Below are positions 9,485-20,295 of a stretch of DNA of 64,000 nt, piece by piece. Origin of the DNA: Spirochaetia bacterium (GTDB lineage: Bacteria; Spirochaetota; Spirochaetia; DSM-27196; Salinispiraceae); NCBI GenBank assembly GCA_038204425.1, contig JBBRCZ010000002.1:160001-224000 (forward strand). Direction: 5' to 3'. The notes under the pieces are model-generated. The model ran no database searches and was not told the origin of the DNA. It was given only the letters and a program-made list of their open reading frames with translations. Position numbers and translations under genes: made by a program. Numbering within the stretch: the stretch's first letter is position 1; the number at the start of each line of letters is the position of its first letter.

Positions 9485-11488
9485 ATGTTGCCAGCTGAGA
9501 AGTCGACACGCTTGCCAATGCAGGTGGTTTTTGGAACCATAAATTCTTTTCCAGTTGGCAAATCAAACGACGAGCTCGAGCGCGTCTATCTCCATGCCTA
9601 CCGAACCATCCTCAAGCTATTTTATCGTTTCCCCAAAATCAATTTTACCTTGCATTTTAGTGGCATGATTCTAGATTGGCTTGAGCAGCATCATGGGGAG
9701 TTTACTTCGGCACTCACCGAAATGATCAAACAGAAGCATGTTGAGCTCTTGTTGGCAGGGCATTTTGACCCCATCCTTTCACTAATTCCCCGCCCCGATA
9801 GAATAGGGCAGCTGGAATATATGAGCACTCGTTTGCGAAAGTTGTTTGGACAGCGCATAAGGGGCGCTTGGTTGACCGAGCAATTCTGGCAACAGGATAT
9901 GGTTTCTAGCTTTAGTTCAGCAGGTATCGCCTATACTTTTTTGGACGACTATCATTTTGACCAAATTTGCCCAGAACCTAACAAGCTTCATCAGCCTTGT
10001 ATCACTGAGGATCAAAACAAAACGTTGTTTGTATTTCCCGTTTCTCATCAATGGTCGAGTGAGTTTTGGCAAACAGAAACCGAAGTCTTGTTGCTGAGGC
10101 TTAAAAAACTTGCCATCGACAACCCTGGCAAGGTGCTGAGCATTTTTATCGATGCCCAAAAGGGGCTTGGCTCTTCCGAAAAAAGAGATGATAGGCTAAT
10201 CAAGTTAGAAGCCTTTTTGGATGGGGTACAAGAACTGCAAGATCAAGATCTCATTAAGTCGGTTTTGCCGCAGAATTTTGTAAAAGTTGAGGCCGACTGG
10301 CCATTGCACTATTTCTCGTGCACTAACTGGCAGGAGATGCAGAACTTCACTCGTTTGGAGAAAGTAAAAGGCCAGTTTTCAGGAAGCATCAGAGATCATT
10401 TGATGCATTTCCCTGAAGCCAAGCAACTCTATTGCAAGATGCAATATGTGCATAGCTTGGTAAACCAAGTACGGGGCGACAAGTACCGCAAACAAGCGGC
10501 GCGCGAGGAATTGTGGCGCGGTCAATATAATGCCCCCTATTGGAAGGGCTCAAGCAATGGCCCAATCTACAATCGTTTACGCAAAACCAATTATTCGTCC
10601 TTGATTAAGGCCGAAAAACACACCCGAGAAAAGGGCATATTTGTTCCAGCGCTTTTTGCCACTGATTTTGACTACGATGGACTGCCCGAGGTTCTTTATC
10701 AAGGAAATGAAATCAATGCCTACTTGCATCAACGCGGTGGCAACCTGTTTGAGCTGGACTACTTGCAATCTAATTTTAATTATCTCGACACCTATGCAGA
10801 CCAAGTTAAACAAAAAAACGGATCTGCGGGAACGGCATTGGCTGCGCAGCCACTCAGATCATTTACTGATTGTTTTGCTCCACCTGGTAGTGAGCTTCAA
10901 TCCGTAATTTTTGCAGATGTTCAAAGCAAGATCAAGAGTTTGGGCGCAGAACTCTATCGGATTGATGAGCTTCGCAAAGAGAGCTTTTCGGTCAGATTTG
11001 TTGCAGATTATAATTTGCTGCAATTTGGTAAATCTTTTGCAATTAGTATTCGCAAGACCTATACCTTTAACAAAGCGCAGGTATTCGTTGGCTATCAGAT
11101 TACTAATCATTCCAGCGGTTTACTCAAGACAGTTTTTTGCCCGTCTATGTTTCTGGGCTTTAAGAGCGACGAACCCTCAGTTTTGCACATTTATCGAAAA
11201 GAGGGCAGAGGCAAGACAGAAGAGCGCCTTAAAAAAGATGAGCAGCTAAGTGAGAGCCAAGAAATCTATTTTGAGGACTTTAATAATAGAGTGGTAGTGC
11301 ACTGCCTAGTTAGTCAAAGTGCATGTTGGTGGCAACATACCATTTACGGTTTTGTGGACCCAACGGCAAATCATTACCAAGCCAATCAGTTTTCTCCACG
11401 TTGGTTGATTGAGCTGGAACCCGGCTTTAGCTTTGACGTTGATATCAGTCTATCGTTTACCCGTTTAAGAACTACTTCGTCTAGCTGA
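9485..11488 (+). CDS. Glycoside hydrolase family 57 (alpha-amylase/4-alpha-glucanotransferase-like)
   Basis: LHFSG, VELL, GAWLTE (nucleophile region), YTFLDDYHF, QYNAPYW, D-rich DFDYDG start of the C-terminal beta domain. Confidence 0.85.
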   Translation: MLPAEKSTRLPMQVVFGTINSFPVGKSNDELERVYLHAYRTILKLFYRFPKINFTLHFSGMILDWLEQHHGEFTSALTEMIKQKHVELLLAGHFDPILSLIPRPDRIGQLEYMSTRLRKLFGQRIRGAWLTEQFWQQDMVSSFSSAGIAYTFLDDYHFDQICPEPNKLHQPCITEDQNKTLFVFPVSHQWSSEFWQTETEVLLLRLKKLAIDNPGKVLSIFIDAQKGLGSSEKRDDRLIKLEAFLDGVQELQDQDLIKSVLPQNFVKVEADWPLHYFSCTNWQEMQNFTRLEKVKGQFSGSIRDHLMHFPEAKQLYCKMQYVHSLVNQVRGDKYRKQAAREELWRGQYNAPYWKGSSNGPIYNRLRKTNYSSLIKAEKHTREKGIFVPALFATDFDYDGLPEVLYQGNEINAYLHQRGGNLFELDYLQSNFNYLDTYADQVKQKNGSAGTALAAQPLRSFTDCFAPPGSELQSVIFADVQSKIKSLGAELYRIDELRKESFSVRFVADYNLLQFGKSFAISIRKTYTFNKAQVFVGYQITNHSSGLLKTVFCPSMFLGFKSDEPSVLHIYRKEGRGKTEERLKKDEQLSESQEIYFEDFNNRVVVHCLVSQSACWWQHTIYGFVDPTANHYQANQFSPRWLIELEPGFSFDVDISLSFTRLRTTSSS

Positions 11489-11490
11489 GG

Positions 11491-12828
11491 TCAATAAATA
11501 TTGCTTTCTGAAAGACTGCTGTTGATCCAAGGATCTACTAAATCTTCCAGTTGGTCTTGAGCGATCAAAAACTCAGGGATGGCTTCTTTGTACTTACCAT
11601 CAAGATACAGGGCTTGTCCGAGATAAAAACGTCCTTTGGCAATCGCTGGTGCTGACAAAGGTAGGGTTAGCAAGCTCTTGAGCATCTTAATCGACTCTTT
11701 GAAATCGCCTCGAGTAAAATGCTTTTCTAGAATTTCTAACAATAGCCTAGACTCGCCGCTGACTGGCATAGCAAATCTGCCATCCAAGACCAATTTGTCG
11801 GATGGAAGCAACTCTGCTGTTCGCGCAGCGCCTCTACCCTCTATGAGGTTAATCTGAAGTGCCTTTATTCTTGCCATAAGCGCTGGCGTAAGCTCAACTT
11901 TGTTGCGTGCAAAATTCTCTTGCAGTCCGCTGATTTCTGGAGAAATTTCTTGCAGAGAGAGAATCGGCAATGGCACAAGTCGGTTTCTAATCTTGCCCTC
12001 CACTTTGGCTAACACAAAGGTCTCTAAGACAAGAGGAATCTCCACTGGTTTATCTAGGCTTGATTGACCTACAACTAAACTGATGACACCTCTTTGCCAA
12101 GCTTCGGTGTCGACAGCTGCATAGTAGTAGGCAACGCCTGGTACGGCAGTGTCTAGAATAACTATAGTTCGACCACTTGTAGAATTTATCTGAATAGCCT
12201 TGGCTAGATCATCTCGGCCTTGGATAGGACTCGTGCTTCTAAAGGCCGTGACCGTGCGTGTGTTGATGGAACTGTTAAAAGCAAGATTAATGGTTTGACC
12301 CTGGACCTGCGCATTGATAGACGTTATTTCTGTAAACTGTGCTTGTTGGTCATCTGCAACGGTTACAGCCACCGGATTGAGTGTCTTGTTTCTAAAGGGG
12401 ATAAAGACTTCTATGGCTTGTTTTTCACGACTTAAGGCCAACACTGCATAAAAGTAGTTGCCACTGGCTGGCGGCAGGTCGGTAAAAAATTGCTCGCCAG
12501 AAGGTACTTCGCCGGCTATCGTAGCCGCAGCAAGACTTTGATTGGTAATTTCGGCATCATGGCGGTAGATGCGGTAGCTTCCGTCAAAATTTGGAATATC
12601 TTCCCACGTAATTCTAACTTGAGAGTCTTTGGTGGCTATTCTAATCCGGTTTACAAAGGGCGCAAAAACGGTCTGAGCATTCTGATCTGTTGCCAAGTCG
12701 AGCTCACCAAGTACACTTTGCGCGTAGCCGTGGTGGGGAAAAACCACAAGCACGCAGCACCAGGCTGCTATCATCAGCAGCAAGGGATTGAAAAGGGTTT
12801 GAACCTGGCGCCTAAAGCTTTTGTGCAT
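11491..12828 (-). CDS. Secreted protein with FN3-like repeats and C-terminal TPR
   Basis: Signal peptide, ITW...YRIYR...YFYAV and YYYAAV FN3-like motifs, RFYLGQALYLDGKYKEAI TPR. Confidence 0.6.
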   Translation of the reverse strand: MHKSFRRQVQTLFNPLLLMIAAWCCVLVVFPHHGYAQSVLGELDLATDQNAQTVFAPFVNRIRIATKDSQVRITWEDIPNFDGSYRIYRHDAEITNQSLAAATIAGEVPSGEQFFTDLPPASGNYFYAVLALSREKQAIEVFIPFRNKTLNPVAVTVADDQQAQFTEITSINAQVQGQTINLAFNSSINTRTVTAFRSTSPIQGRDDLAKAIQINSTSGRTIVILDTAVPGVAYYYAAVDTEAWQRGVISLVVGQSSLDKPVEIPLVLETFVLAKVEGKIRNRLVPLPILSLQEISPEISGLQENFARNKVELTPALMARIKALQINLIEGRGAARTAELLPSDKLVLDGRFAMPVSGESRLLLEILEKHFTRGDFKESIKMLKSLLTLPLSAPAIAKGRFYLGQALYLDGKYKEAIPEFLIAQDQLEDLVDPWINSSLSESNIY

Positions 12829-12884
12829 AGTAAATTCTCCGCTCTCAGTATCGGCGTTTGGACAAGACTACTCAAGGATAGCGC

Positions 12885-12913
12885 TTGCCCCCTGCTTTAT
12901 AGACCAGTATACT
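12885..12913 (+). promoter_or_regulatory. Putative sigma70 promoter of prfB
   Basis: TTGCCC-N17-TATACT upstream of GGAGG RBS and ATG 12951. Confidence 0.5.
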
Positions 12914-12950
12914 ACAGGCTTACAATGCTTTCAAAAGCCCTGGAGGAAGA

Positions 12951-14061
12951 ATGCTCGAAGAACTCTTGCAACCAATAAGCGAAATTAAGAGCGCCATCAA
13001 TGACACTTGGGGGCATCTTTGACCCAGATCGATTAAAGCAACGGATTGAGTCGCTTGAGTCTTCTTCAGGAGAAGAAGGTTTTTGGAATGACCGCGAAAA
13101 AGCCGAAAAAATGCTCGGGGAAGCCAAGCGTCTAAAAAACAAACTAGAACCTTGGCAGTCGCTGGTTGACGATGTCCGCGACTTAGAAGAACTGTGGCTG
13201 ATGGCCAAAGAAGAAAAAGCAGAAGAACATGAAGCTGAGATCCGCCACGAGCTTGAGAGTTTGAACACACGCTACGAAAAGCTTCGAATCTTGGAATTTT
13301 TGTCCGAACCAAACGACGAGATGAGTGCTTTTTTGACCATACACTCAGGCGCGGGCGGTACCGAGTCCAATGATTGGGCCAGCATGCTCTATAGAATGTA
13401 CACTCGCTGGCTAGATCGACACGAGTTTAGTTACGAAATTATTGACTTGCAAGAAGCCGAAGGCGGTATCAAGAGTATTACTTTGGAAGTTAACGGCGAT
13501 TACGCCTATGGCTACTTAAAGGCCGAAACTGGTGTTCACCGCTTGGTTAGAATTTCTCCCTTTGATTCGGCGGGGCGCAGGCACACCTCGTTTTCTAGCG
13601 TTTATGCCTTGCCACAACTTGACGACACGATTACGATCGATATTAGGCCGGAGCATGTGCGCATTGACACGTTTAGAGCGGGTGGTGCGGGTGGACAGCA
13701 CATCAACAAAACTGACAGTGCCGTTAGAATTACGCACTTAGAAAGCGGCATAGTGGTGCAGTGTCAAAACGATCGCAGTCAACACAAAAACAAAGATGCA
13801 GCTTACAAAATGCTGCGCTCACGACTATTTGACTACTACAAAAACGAACAAGAAAAAGAACGAGAGAAGACCGCAGTAGAGAAAAAGGACATCTCATGGG
13901 GTAGCCAAATCAGGTCTTACGTATTTCAGCCCTATACCTTAGTTAAAGACAATCGCACCAAAGTTGAATCAGGAAATATTCAAGCAGTTATGGATGGGGA
14001 TATCGATCGCTTTATTGAAGCCTGGCTCAAAGACTCATGGATGGCCAAACACCAGCAATAG
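12951..14061 (+). CDS. prfB: Peptide chain release factor 2, translated via programmed +1 frameshift
   Basis: ATG 12951 with GGAGG RBS reads MLEELLQPISEIKSAINDTWGHL then CTT-TGA-C. The +1 frame continues DPDRLK... with SPF and GGQ motifs. Confidence 0.97.
13009..13023 (+). promoter_or_regulatory. RF2 autoregulatory +1 frameshift site
   Basis: GGGGG-CAT-CTT-TGA-C: internal SD-like run, 3-nt spacer, then the slippery CTT TGA C. Confidence 0.95.
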
Positions 14062-14108
14062 CTAAGAAGCTCTTCCAGAAAGAGACTTTGAGCAGTATAG
14101 TAGGAAAT

Positions 14109-14489
14109 GTGGCACAGATACTAATAGTAGATGACCTAAAATTTATGCGCGACCTACTCAAGGATATAGTCACCGATCAGGGCCATATGGTAATTGGTGA
14201 GGCAAGTAATGGTAGAGAAGGCATTCTTAAATTTGCAGAGCTTGAGCCTGACATCGTTCTTCTTGATATTAACATGCCCGAAATGGACGGCATCGCAGCA
14301 CTCAAAAAAATTCGTAGTCTTAACCCCAATGCCTTGGTCATTATGTGTTCGGCACTGTCAGAGCAAGCAATGATCTTTAAAGCAATCAGTGCTGGCGCCA
14401 GAGACTACATAATCAAGCCGTTTCGGGAGGAGCGTATTTACCACGCCTTGCAAAAGGCAAGCCTCGTACATACCAACACTGTTAGATGA
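14109..14489 (+). CDS. Single-domain CheY-like response regulator
   Basis: ILIVDD, LLDINMPEMDG, CSA, KPF receiver motifs. GTG start after AGGA. Confidence 0.88.
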   Translation: MAQILIVDDLKFMRDLLKDIVTDQGHMVIGEASNGREGILKFAELEPDIVLLDINMPEMDGIAALKKIRSLNPNALVIMCSALSEQAMIFKAISAGARDYIIKPFREERIYHALQKASLVHTNTVR

Positions 14490-16051
14490 GATCGTCCAAC
14501 GCCTACGTGTTTGTTCTGACGGTTTTGCTTGCACTACCAACGGCGTTAGTTGCACAAACTACCACAACAAGCCTGCTGGGCTCCACCAGCACTAGCACGA
14601 CAGTGTTTGGAGCAATTACCAGCACAACGCTGCAAACTATCACCACGACCACAGTCGGAAAAGTAGCTATTGGCTTTGCTCGACTGGGGACCAAGAGTAA
14701 ACTGGCAGAGCAACAAATGTTAGCGATTACTTTGCCGCTGTCTTGGGCGCAAATCTACTCATCCGACAAAAGTCGCTTGGTAAGACCAGAAGAACAAAAG
14801 GAAGAATTGCTCAAAAGCCTTAGGAGCAAAATCATCATAGCAGAGACAGCGCTTTCTAATGAGCTGCGTAGTCGCGACGACAAATGGTTTACCTCAACTT
14901 TGGATGCAAGTGGCATAGACAAGCATCAAACGGCAAGAGAACTTGCCTTAAAAAATATTGCTCTGGCTAAAGCGGAGTATGAACAAGGTAAGAATCTCGA
15001 TTTATCTGAAGTCAATTACTACCAACTGCAGGTCCTTAGTGCTTCCGACGAGGGTTTGCATGCTGCAGTAGACGATGATAACAGCCCAGAAGGCATTAGT
15101 CGGCGAGCAAAACTAAAAATGCTAGTATGGGGCAACTTGGTTGACCTCGGTGGTTATCTTTTTTTGGAACTACATCTGTTTCATGCCGGACTAGGGCGTG
15201 AAATTTGGCGTCAAGACCTTGCCTTGCTTGGAGAAAACAGCAACCTGTGGGCTCAAAAAACGGCTCTCGAAATGGCAGATGCACTACTTGCCTATCATGG
15301 TGCAAGCGTAGAGTTAAATCCAAGCCCAGAAGATGCGCGACTTACGCTTACGCATCGAGAATCGGGTCTGCAAAGATTCGGCCAAGGAAAAACCATGTGG
15401 CACTATCTTGCGCCCGGAAGCTACTCAGTTCGCATGACAAGAGCCGGAAAGCTCGACAGAACCATTGATCTGAGCGTTGCCGAAGGACAGACGGTAACAC
15501 TCGTTCCTGAGATGCTTGATCGGCTTGGCTCTACGATGCGCATACAAACCTCACCGCCAAATGCTTCAATCTATGATGGAGCGTCATTTGTTGGTTTTAG
15601 CCCGATGGACTATGATTTACAGAACTCGGGCAATGTGATTAGTGTTCGCCTAGATGGTTACGAGCCTTTGTACATTACCAAAGAAGAGTTGACCGCACGC
15701 CTTGAGCAAAATGCACCTGGTTTGCCTGTTTCGCCGATTGTCTTGCATCGGAAGGTATTTGATTGGAATGACGAAGTGCAGATTAGGCGGGATCAGCTCT
15801 ACGACTCACTCGGACTATCCTTTTTAAGTTTTATTCCAGCCTTTGTTTTTAACAATTTGTACCTCAACGTAAGAAGCACTCTGCAATCACAGTCCGACCT
15901 AAGCGCCAACCCAAGCTTGGTGGCAGATGGAAATTTTTATTTGTCTTTGTACCCAGCCTTCTACTTCTTGGGTTTTACTATATTGGGTGATGCCCTACTG
16001 ATAAGGCTACCAAACTATTTAAATGCGGTTGAGTCCGCCAGCGGAAGGTAA
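14486..16051 (+). CDS. PEGA-domain membrane/secreted protein with Thr-rich N-terminus
   Basis: Signal peptide, PEGA-like PEDA...LAPGSY and TSPPNASIY...GFSP segments, C-terminal hydrophobic helices. Confidence 0.65.
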   Translation: MRSSNAYVFVLTVLLALPTALVAQTTTTSLLGSTSTSTTVFGAITSTTLQTITTTTVGKVAIGFARLGTKSKLAEQQMLAITLPLSWAQIYSSDKSRLVRPEEQKEELLKSLRSKIIIAETALSNELRSRDDKWFTSTLDASGIDKHQTARELALKNIALAKAEYEQGKNLDLSEVNYYQLQVLSASDEGLHAAVDDDNSPEGISRRAKLKMLVWGNLVDLGGYLFLELHLFHAGLGREIWRQDLALLGENSNLWAQKTALEMADALLAYHGASVELNPSPEDARLTLTHRESGLQRFGQGKTMWHYLAPGSYSVRMTRAGKLDRTIDLSVAEGQTVTLVPEMLDRLGSTMRIQTSPPNASIYDGASFVGFSPMDYDLQNSGNVISVRLDGYEPLYITKEELTARLEQNAPGLPVSPIVLHRKVFDWNDEVQIRRDQLYDSLGLSFLSFIPAFVFNNLYLNVRSTLQSQSDLSANPSLVADGNFYLSLYPAFYFLGFTILGDALLIRLPNYLNAVESASGR

Positions 16052-16052
16052 A

Positions 16053-16964
16053 ATGTTTAAATCAGGAAAATCAGTAAAGTCTGGTAAAAAGTTCTCCGAG
16101 CGAATCATGCAACTGTTTGGAATGGGCATAGAGAATGAGAGCTTTTATGACAACATGGAAGATGTGTTTATAGAGGCTGACATGGGGGCTCGATTTTCAT
16201 TGGAGATTATCGAAGAAGTTAAACGTAAGGCCAAAGAAAACCGGCTCAAGAGTAAAGAGGATCTCCTTGCTTTGATTGTACAAGTGATTTCTGCTGCACT
16301 ATTGAGCGCGCGTCTAGAGCCAAATGACAGCGGCCTCAATTGTTTTTTGTTTCTCGGGGTAAACGGGGTTGGCAAAACTACCAGCATAGCCAAGTACGCG
16401 CATTGGTTAAAATCGCGAGGTTGGGGTGACAAAACTGTTTTGGCTGCCGGTGATACCTTTAGGGCAGCCGCAAGCGAGCAACTGGTATTGCACGGCACTA
16501 GGCTGGGTATTAGGACCGTTAGCCAAGGAAGTGGAGCTGACCCGGCCGCAGTTATTTTTGACGCACTTGAGAGTGCTCTTGCACGTCAAGACAAAGTTGT
16601 TTTGGCAGACACTGCGGGTAGACTTCACAACAAGGTGCACTTAGTTAAAGAGTTGGAAAAAATAGACAAGATTGTTCGTGCCAAAATTGGACCACAAGGA
16701 AACTACAAAAAAATTCTAGTGATCGATGCAACCACCGGGCAAAACGGCCTTCAACAGGCCCAGGTCTTCCATGAAGCGGTTGGCGTAGATGGCGTTATCC
16801 TGACTAAGTTTGACTCGACCGCCAAAGGTGGTATCGTGCTTTCCATTTGTCGTAACGTTGGCCTTCCGATTATGTTTTTGGGCCACGGCGAGACTTACGC
16901 TGATCTAAGTCCTTTTGATGCAGACGAATTTGCTCGCAATTTGATCGATCGAGAGCTCTCATAA
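16053..16964 (+). CDS. ftsY: SRP receptor FtsY
   Basis: GVNGVGKTTS, DTFRAAA, DTAGR, TKFDSTAKGG. Confidence 0.96.
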   Translation: MFKSGKSVKSGKKFSERIMQLFGMGIENESFYDNMEDVFIEADMGARFSLEIIEEVKRKAKENRLKSKEDLLALIVQVISAALLSARLEPNDSGLNCFLFLGVNGVGKTTSIAKYAHWLKSRGWGDKTVLAAGDTFRAAASEQLVLHGTRLGIRTVSQGSGADPAAVIFDALESALARQDKVVLADTAGRLHNKVHLVKELEKIDKIVRAKIGPQGNYKKILVIDATTGQNGLQQAQVFHEAVGVDGVILTKFDSTAKGGIVLSICRNVGLPIMFLGHGETYADLSPFDADEFARNLIDRELS

Positions 16965-16966
16965 CG

Positions 16967-18301
16967 GTGATTAAAAAATTTTTTGGCGGATTAGTATTGT
17001 TTTTGGTCTTACTCAGCTCGCATCTGTGGAGCCAAGAACTTGAGACTACGCCAGTCGTCAGTTTTGCTGAACAAGACTGGTCGGCCCGTTCGTTAACTGC
17101 ACTTAAGCTTTTTGAATCAAACGAAGTAGGGCTCAATGCAACACTCTTTGCCACACTTTCCGAGCAAGAAATAAAGCGGCGTTTTTCCAATTGGAAACAA
17201 GTTATCGATTGGTCAGTTGGTAAAGCAAGTGAAGGTAGCGCAGAGGCCTACTTAAAGGATTTGATAAAAATCCTAAACTATGCCTGCTCAACTAACGCAC
17301 AAAGCAACAAAATTGACTCTGGCATGCTGTCTTTGGTTCTGCAGTATCAAACAGCAAGTCATAGGGCCGAAGCTCACTGGCTTTTTGACATGGCACAAGC
17401 AGACCGTAGACCACTCTGGTTTGTGCGTAGACTATTTGACAAAGCTTCTAATTTGCGGGCAGAACAGCGCTTTCTTGAGGGATTGCCAAGTTTTAAGACC
17501 CTATACAATGAAAAGGGACAATTGATTGACGAGCAGGTTTACGAGGCCGGTGTATTTCTAGAACGAAAAGTGTTTACTTATAGAAACCAAAAACTTAGCT
17601 CAATAAAAATTCTCAACATAGAAGGCACGCACGTCGCGCTGCAGACAATTAGTTATGGCGTTGATGGCAAGTTGCGTTCTAGTACTGTAAAGCATGCTGA
17701 TGGAAGCAGCGAGCTCATTCAGTATCGATTTGGAAGTTCTGGACTAGATCAAGTCTTTAGTCTGAGTGAACTTGATGGCATTCGCTGGTTCTATGATCTT
17801 AGCAATCGCCTCAGCTCGCAAGAAAACTGGGACGGCGACCGTTTGACTGAGAAATTGACCATTACCTATCAGTCTCCTGATAGTGTCAACATGGCGAGTC
17901 GTCAAACTGAGTTTCCTCTAAGTTTAAGTCGCAAGCTTGAGCTTTTTGATGAAAAAGGACGCTTGTCACAAGAAGAGCGCTCAATTGAGGGCGTATTGAG
18001 CGAACGAGTCAGTTACGTTTACGACGAGAACGACAATCTTTTGATTAAGACACGCTTATTTGAAGGTGTCATTGAGGAGTGGTCGCGGGAGTACTTGGAC
18101 AAAGTAGTCAATATAGAACGGTATGCAAAAAACGGCGTTCCTGTTAAAGTAAGTCGTTATCAAGCGGACAATAGAATCGAAGAAATATACCTTAATGGGC
18201 TGTTGCGCTTGATGGTATATTTTGAAAAAGACATCAAAGTAAAAGTGGAGGAAGTCCGTGACGGGAAAGTTTTTGCCACCAGCCAAATCAACAAACCCTA
18301 A
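16967..18301 (+). CDS. Exported protein with YD/MORN-like beta-hairpin repeats
   Basis: Signal peptide, repeated YNEKGQL, YGVDGKL, FDEKGRL, YDENDNL motifs. Confidence 0.55.
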   Translation: MIKKFFGGLVLFLVLLSSHLWSQELETTPVVSFAEQDWSARSLTALKLFESNEVGLNATLFATLSEQEIKRRFSNWKQVIDWSVGKASEGSAEAYLKDLIKILNYACSTNAQSNKIDSGMLSLVLQYQTASHRAEAHWLFDMAQADRRPLWFVRRLFDKASNLRAEQRFLEGLPSFKTLYNEKGQLIDEQVYEAGVFLERKVFTYRNQKLSSIKILNIEGTHVALQTISYGVDGKLRSSTVKHADGSSELIQYRFGSSGLDQVFSLSELDGIRWFYDLSNRLSSQENWDGDRLTEKLTITYQSPDSVNMASRQTEFPLSLSRKLELFDEKGRLSQEERSIEGVLSERVSYVYDENDNLLIKTRLFEGVIEEWSREYLDKVVNIERYAKNGVPVKVSRYQADNRIEEIYLNGLLRLMVYFEKDIKVKVEEVRDGKVFATSQINKP

Positions 18302-19604
18302 GAATCACCACCGTTTTTACCCTCAATGGATACTCTTTGTTGCTTTGCGCTACATGCGGACACGACGACAAAACAAAGGTAACACCGCCACGGTTCTGTC
18401 GATAGTTGGTCTGAGTCTTGGCACCGCGGTTTTGATCACCGTAATATCTATCATGAACGCCTTTCAGATGCCTACTATTGAAAAGATACTGGCATTCAAT
18501 TCATTTCATGTTAAAATGGACAAGCAAATCTTGGACAAGTATTTGCCAGCAGGAAAAAACTACAGCGACCTCTTAAAGGATCTGAGCGGACTGCGTGCGC
18601 TAACCCCTTATCGAGACGTCCAGGGCATGATGCAAGGCCATTATAATCGGTCTTTAGCCGTTAACCTGCGTGCCGTCCCCAGTGGTCACTTAGAGTCTGA
18701 CAAAAGCTTTGCCGAGACGGTCAGATTGACCGAGGGCGACCTCAAGCTCAGAAAGGGCGAAGTTATTTTGGGTCGCCTCTTGTCCAATAGCCTTGGACGC
18801 GGTCTTGGCGACATGGTTGAGTTCTTAACCTTGCCTCCTGGTGCTGGGCTCTTGCAAAGCGACAAACAACTGTTAAAGATTGCGGGCATAATTGAAGTTG
18901 GCTATCCTGAGTACGATCAATATTGGGGTTTTGTGGCCCAACAGACTTTGAGTCAAGCCAGTCAAGATCCAAGTGATGTACAGATAGGTTTTATCCTAGA
19001 TCAAAGCGAGCGAGACACCGATTTTATCCAAGAACTAATTACCCATTTATCTAACGGAAACAGCCAAATCCGCGATCAGTTAAAAACTCAGATTCACTCT
19101 TGGCGCAGCTATAACAGTGCCATTTATGGTGCTCTGCGAGTTGAAAAACTGATGATTATGTTAATCATTGGACTAATATTTGTTGTTATGGCAGTTAATA
19201 TTTTTCACGGATTGCGCCGCAGTGTACTGGAGAAAACCGAGGACATTGGTGTGCTGCGCGCCATTGGTGCGCGTGCTTTTGAGATACGACTAGTCTTTGT
19301 TGGCGAAGGCGTCTTGATAGGCATCATTAGTGGCTTACTGGGTTTGCTGCTAGGCGTTCTAATTACGAGTCAGATTGCCAACATTATTTCGGCGCTCGAA
19401 CTGGCCTTAGGCTTTGTGCTGCGATTGTTCGGTAACTACGATACGATTAGCTTCTTCTACCTTGATCGCGCACCTTCTCATCTCATTTGGTCAGAAGCCG
19501 TTATCTCAAGTCTTTTTGCAGCAGCGAGTGCCTTTGCTGCATCCTTTGCTGCCTCTTTGCATATTAGCTCTATCCAACCAGCGGAGATATTACGTTATGA
19601 GTAA
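18258..19604 (+). CDS. LolC/E-family ABC permease
   Basis: ALRY...SIMNAF N-terminus, EKTEDIGVLRAIGA FtsX domain, PAEILRYE C-terminus. Start uncertain. Confidence 0.85.
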   Translation: MTGKFLPPAKSTNPKNHHRFYPQWILFVALRYMRTRRQNKGNTATVLSIVGLSLGTAVLITVISIMNAFQMPTIEKILAFNSFHVKMDKQILDKYLPAGKNYSDLLKDLSGLRALTPYRDVQGMMQGHYNRSLAVNLRAVPSGHLESDKSFAETVRLTEGDLKLRKGEVILGRLLSNSLGRGLGDMVEFLTLPPGAGLLQSDKQLLKIAGIIEVGYPEYDQYWGFVAQQTLSQASQDPSDVQIGFILDQSERDTDFIQELITHLSNGNSQIRDQLKTQIHSWRSYNSAIYGALRVEKLMIMLIIGLIFVVMAVNIFHGLRRSVLEKTEDIGVLRAIGARAFEIRLVFVGEGVLIGIISGLLGLLLGVLITSQIANIISALELALGFVLRLFGNYDTISFFYLDRAPSHLIWSEAVISSLFAAASAFAASFAASLHISSIQPAEILRYE

Positions 19605-20295
19605 ATCGTTTATTATAGAAGCCAAAGACTTGTGCAAGTCTTACGCCAGTGGCAATGAAGTTTTGCAGATTCTTGATCATGTTAATTTAACCATCCCTGC
19701 TGCCACTAGAGTGGTTGTTACTGGTGAGTCGGGAAGTGGCAAGACCACTTTTTTGAACTTGCTGGCTGGTCTTGATAAGCCCGACTCCGGTAGCTTGGTC
19801 GCAGGCGACTACGAACTGGTCAAGGCCAATGAGGAAACTATGGGACGTTATCGCAGCCATGTCATTGGTTTAGTCTTTCAATTTCACTATCTGCTTAAAG
19901 AATTTACGGCCCAAGAAAATGTAATGATGCCAGCTTTTATGACGGGAGTTCCAAAGGCTAAGGCTATGAAACGGGCTGCTGAATTGCTCGATCAAGTTGG
20001 GCTTAGTGAGCGCTTGCACCATTTTCCTTCCCAGCTCTCGGGAGGCGAACGGCAGAGGGCTGCACTGGCACGGGCCTTGGTAAACGATCCCGGCATAATC
20101 TTGGCAGACGAACCTACTGGTAACCTTGACGAAGCCAATGCTCACAAAGTGGAAGAGCTGCTTTTTACATTGGCTAAGACCTATGACAAGACCTTGGTGT
20201 TGGTAACCCACACCAGCCGTCTAGCCATTGAGGGCCAAATGCATTTGCACCTACGTGGTGGCAGGTTTGAAACTACCATGCAGGTCGGACGATGA
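19597..20295 (+). CDS. lolD: LolD-family ABC ATPase
   Basis: [34 protein letters not shown]. Confidence 0.88.
   Translation: MSKSFIIEAKDLCKSYASGNEVLQILDHVNLTIPAATRVVVTGESGSGKTTFLNLLAGLDKPDSGSLVAGDYELVKANEETMGRYRSHVIGLVFQFHYLLKEFTAQENVMMPAFMTGVPKAKAMKRAAELLDQVGLSERLHHFPSQLSGGERQRAALARALVNDPGIILADEPTGNLDEANAHKVEELLFTLAKTYDKTLVLVTHTSRLAIEGQMHLHLRGGRFETTMQVGR

Noticed and set aside
14535..14655. Thr-rich stretch as a tandem DNA repeat
   Set aside because: Codons vary; it is a low-complexity protein linker, not a nucleotide repeat.
16967..18301. Rhs/YD polymorphic toxin
   Set aside because: Short, no Rhs core signature or toxin/immunity pair, and it sits in the ftsY-lolCDE core operon.
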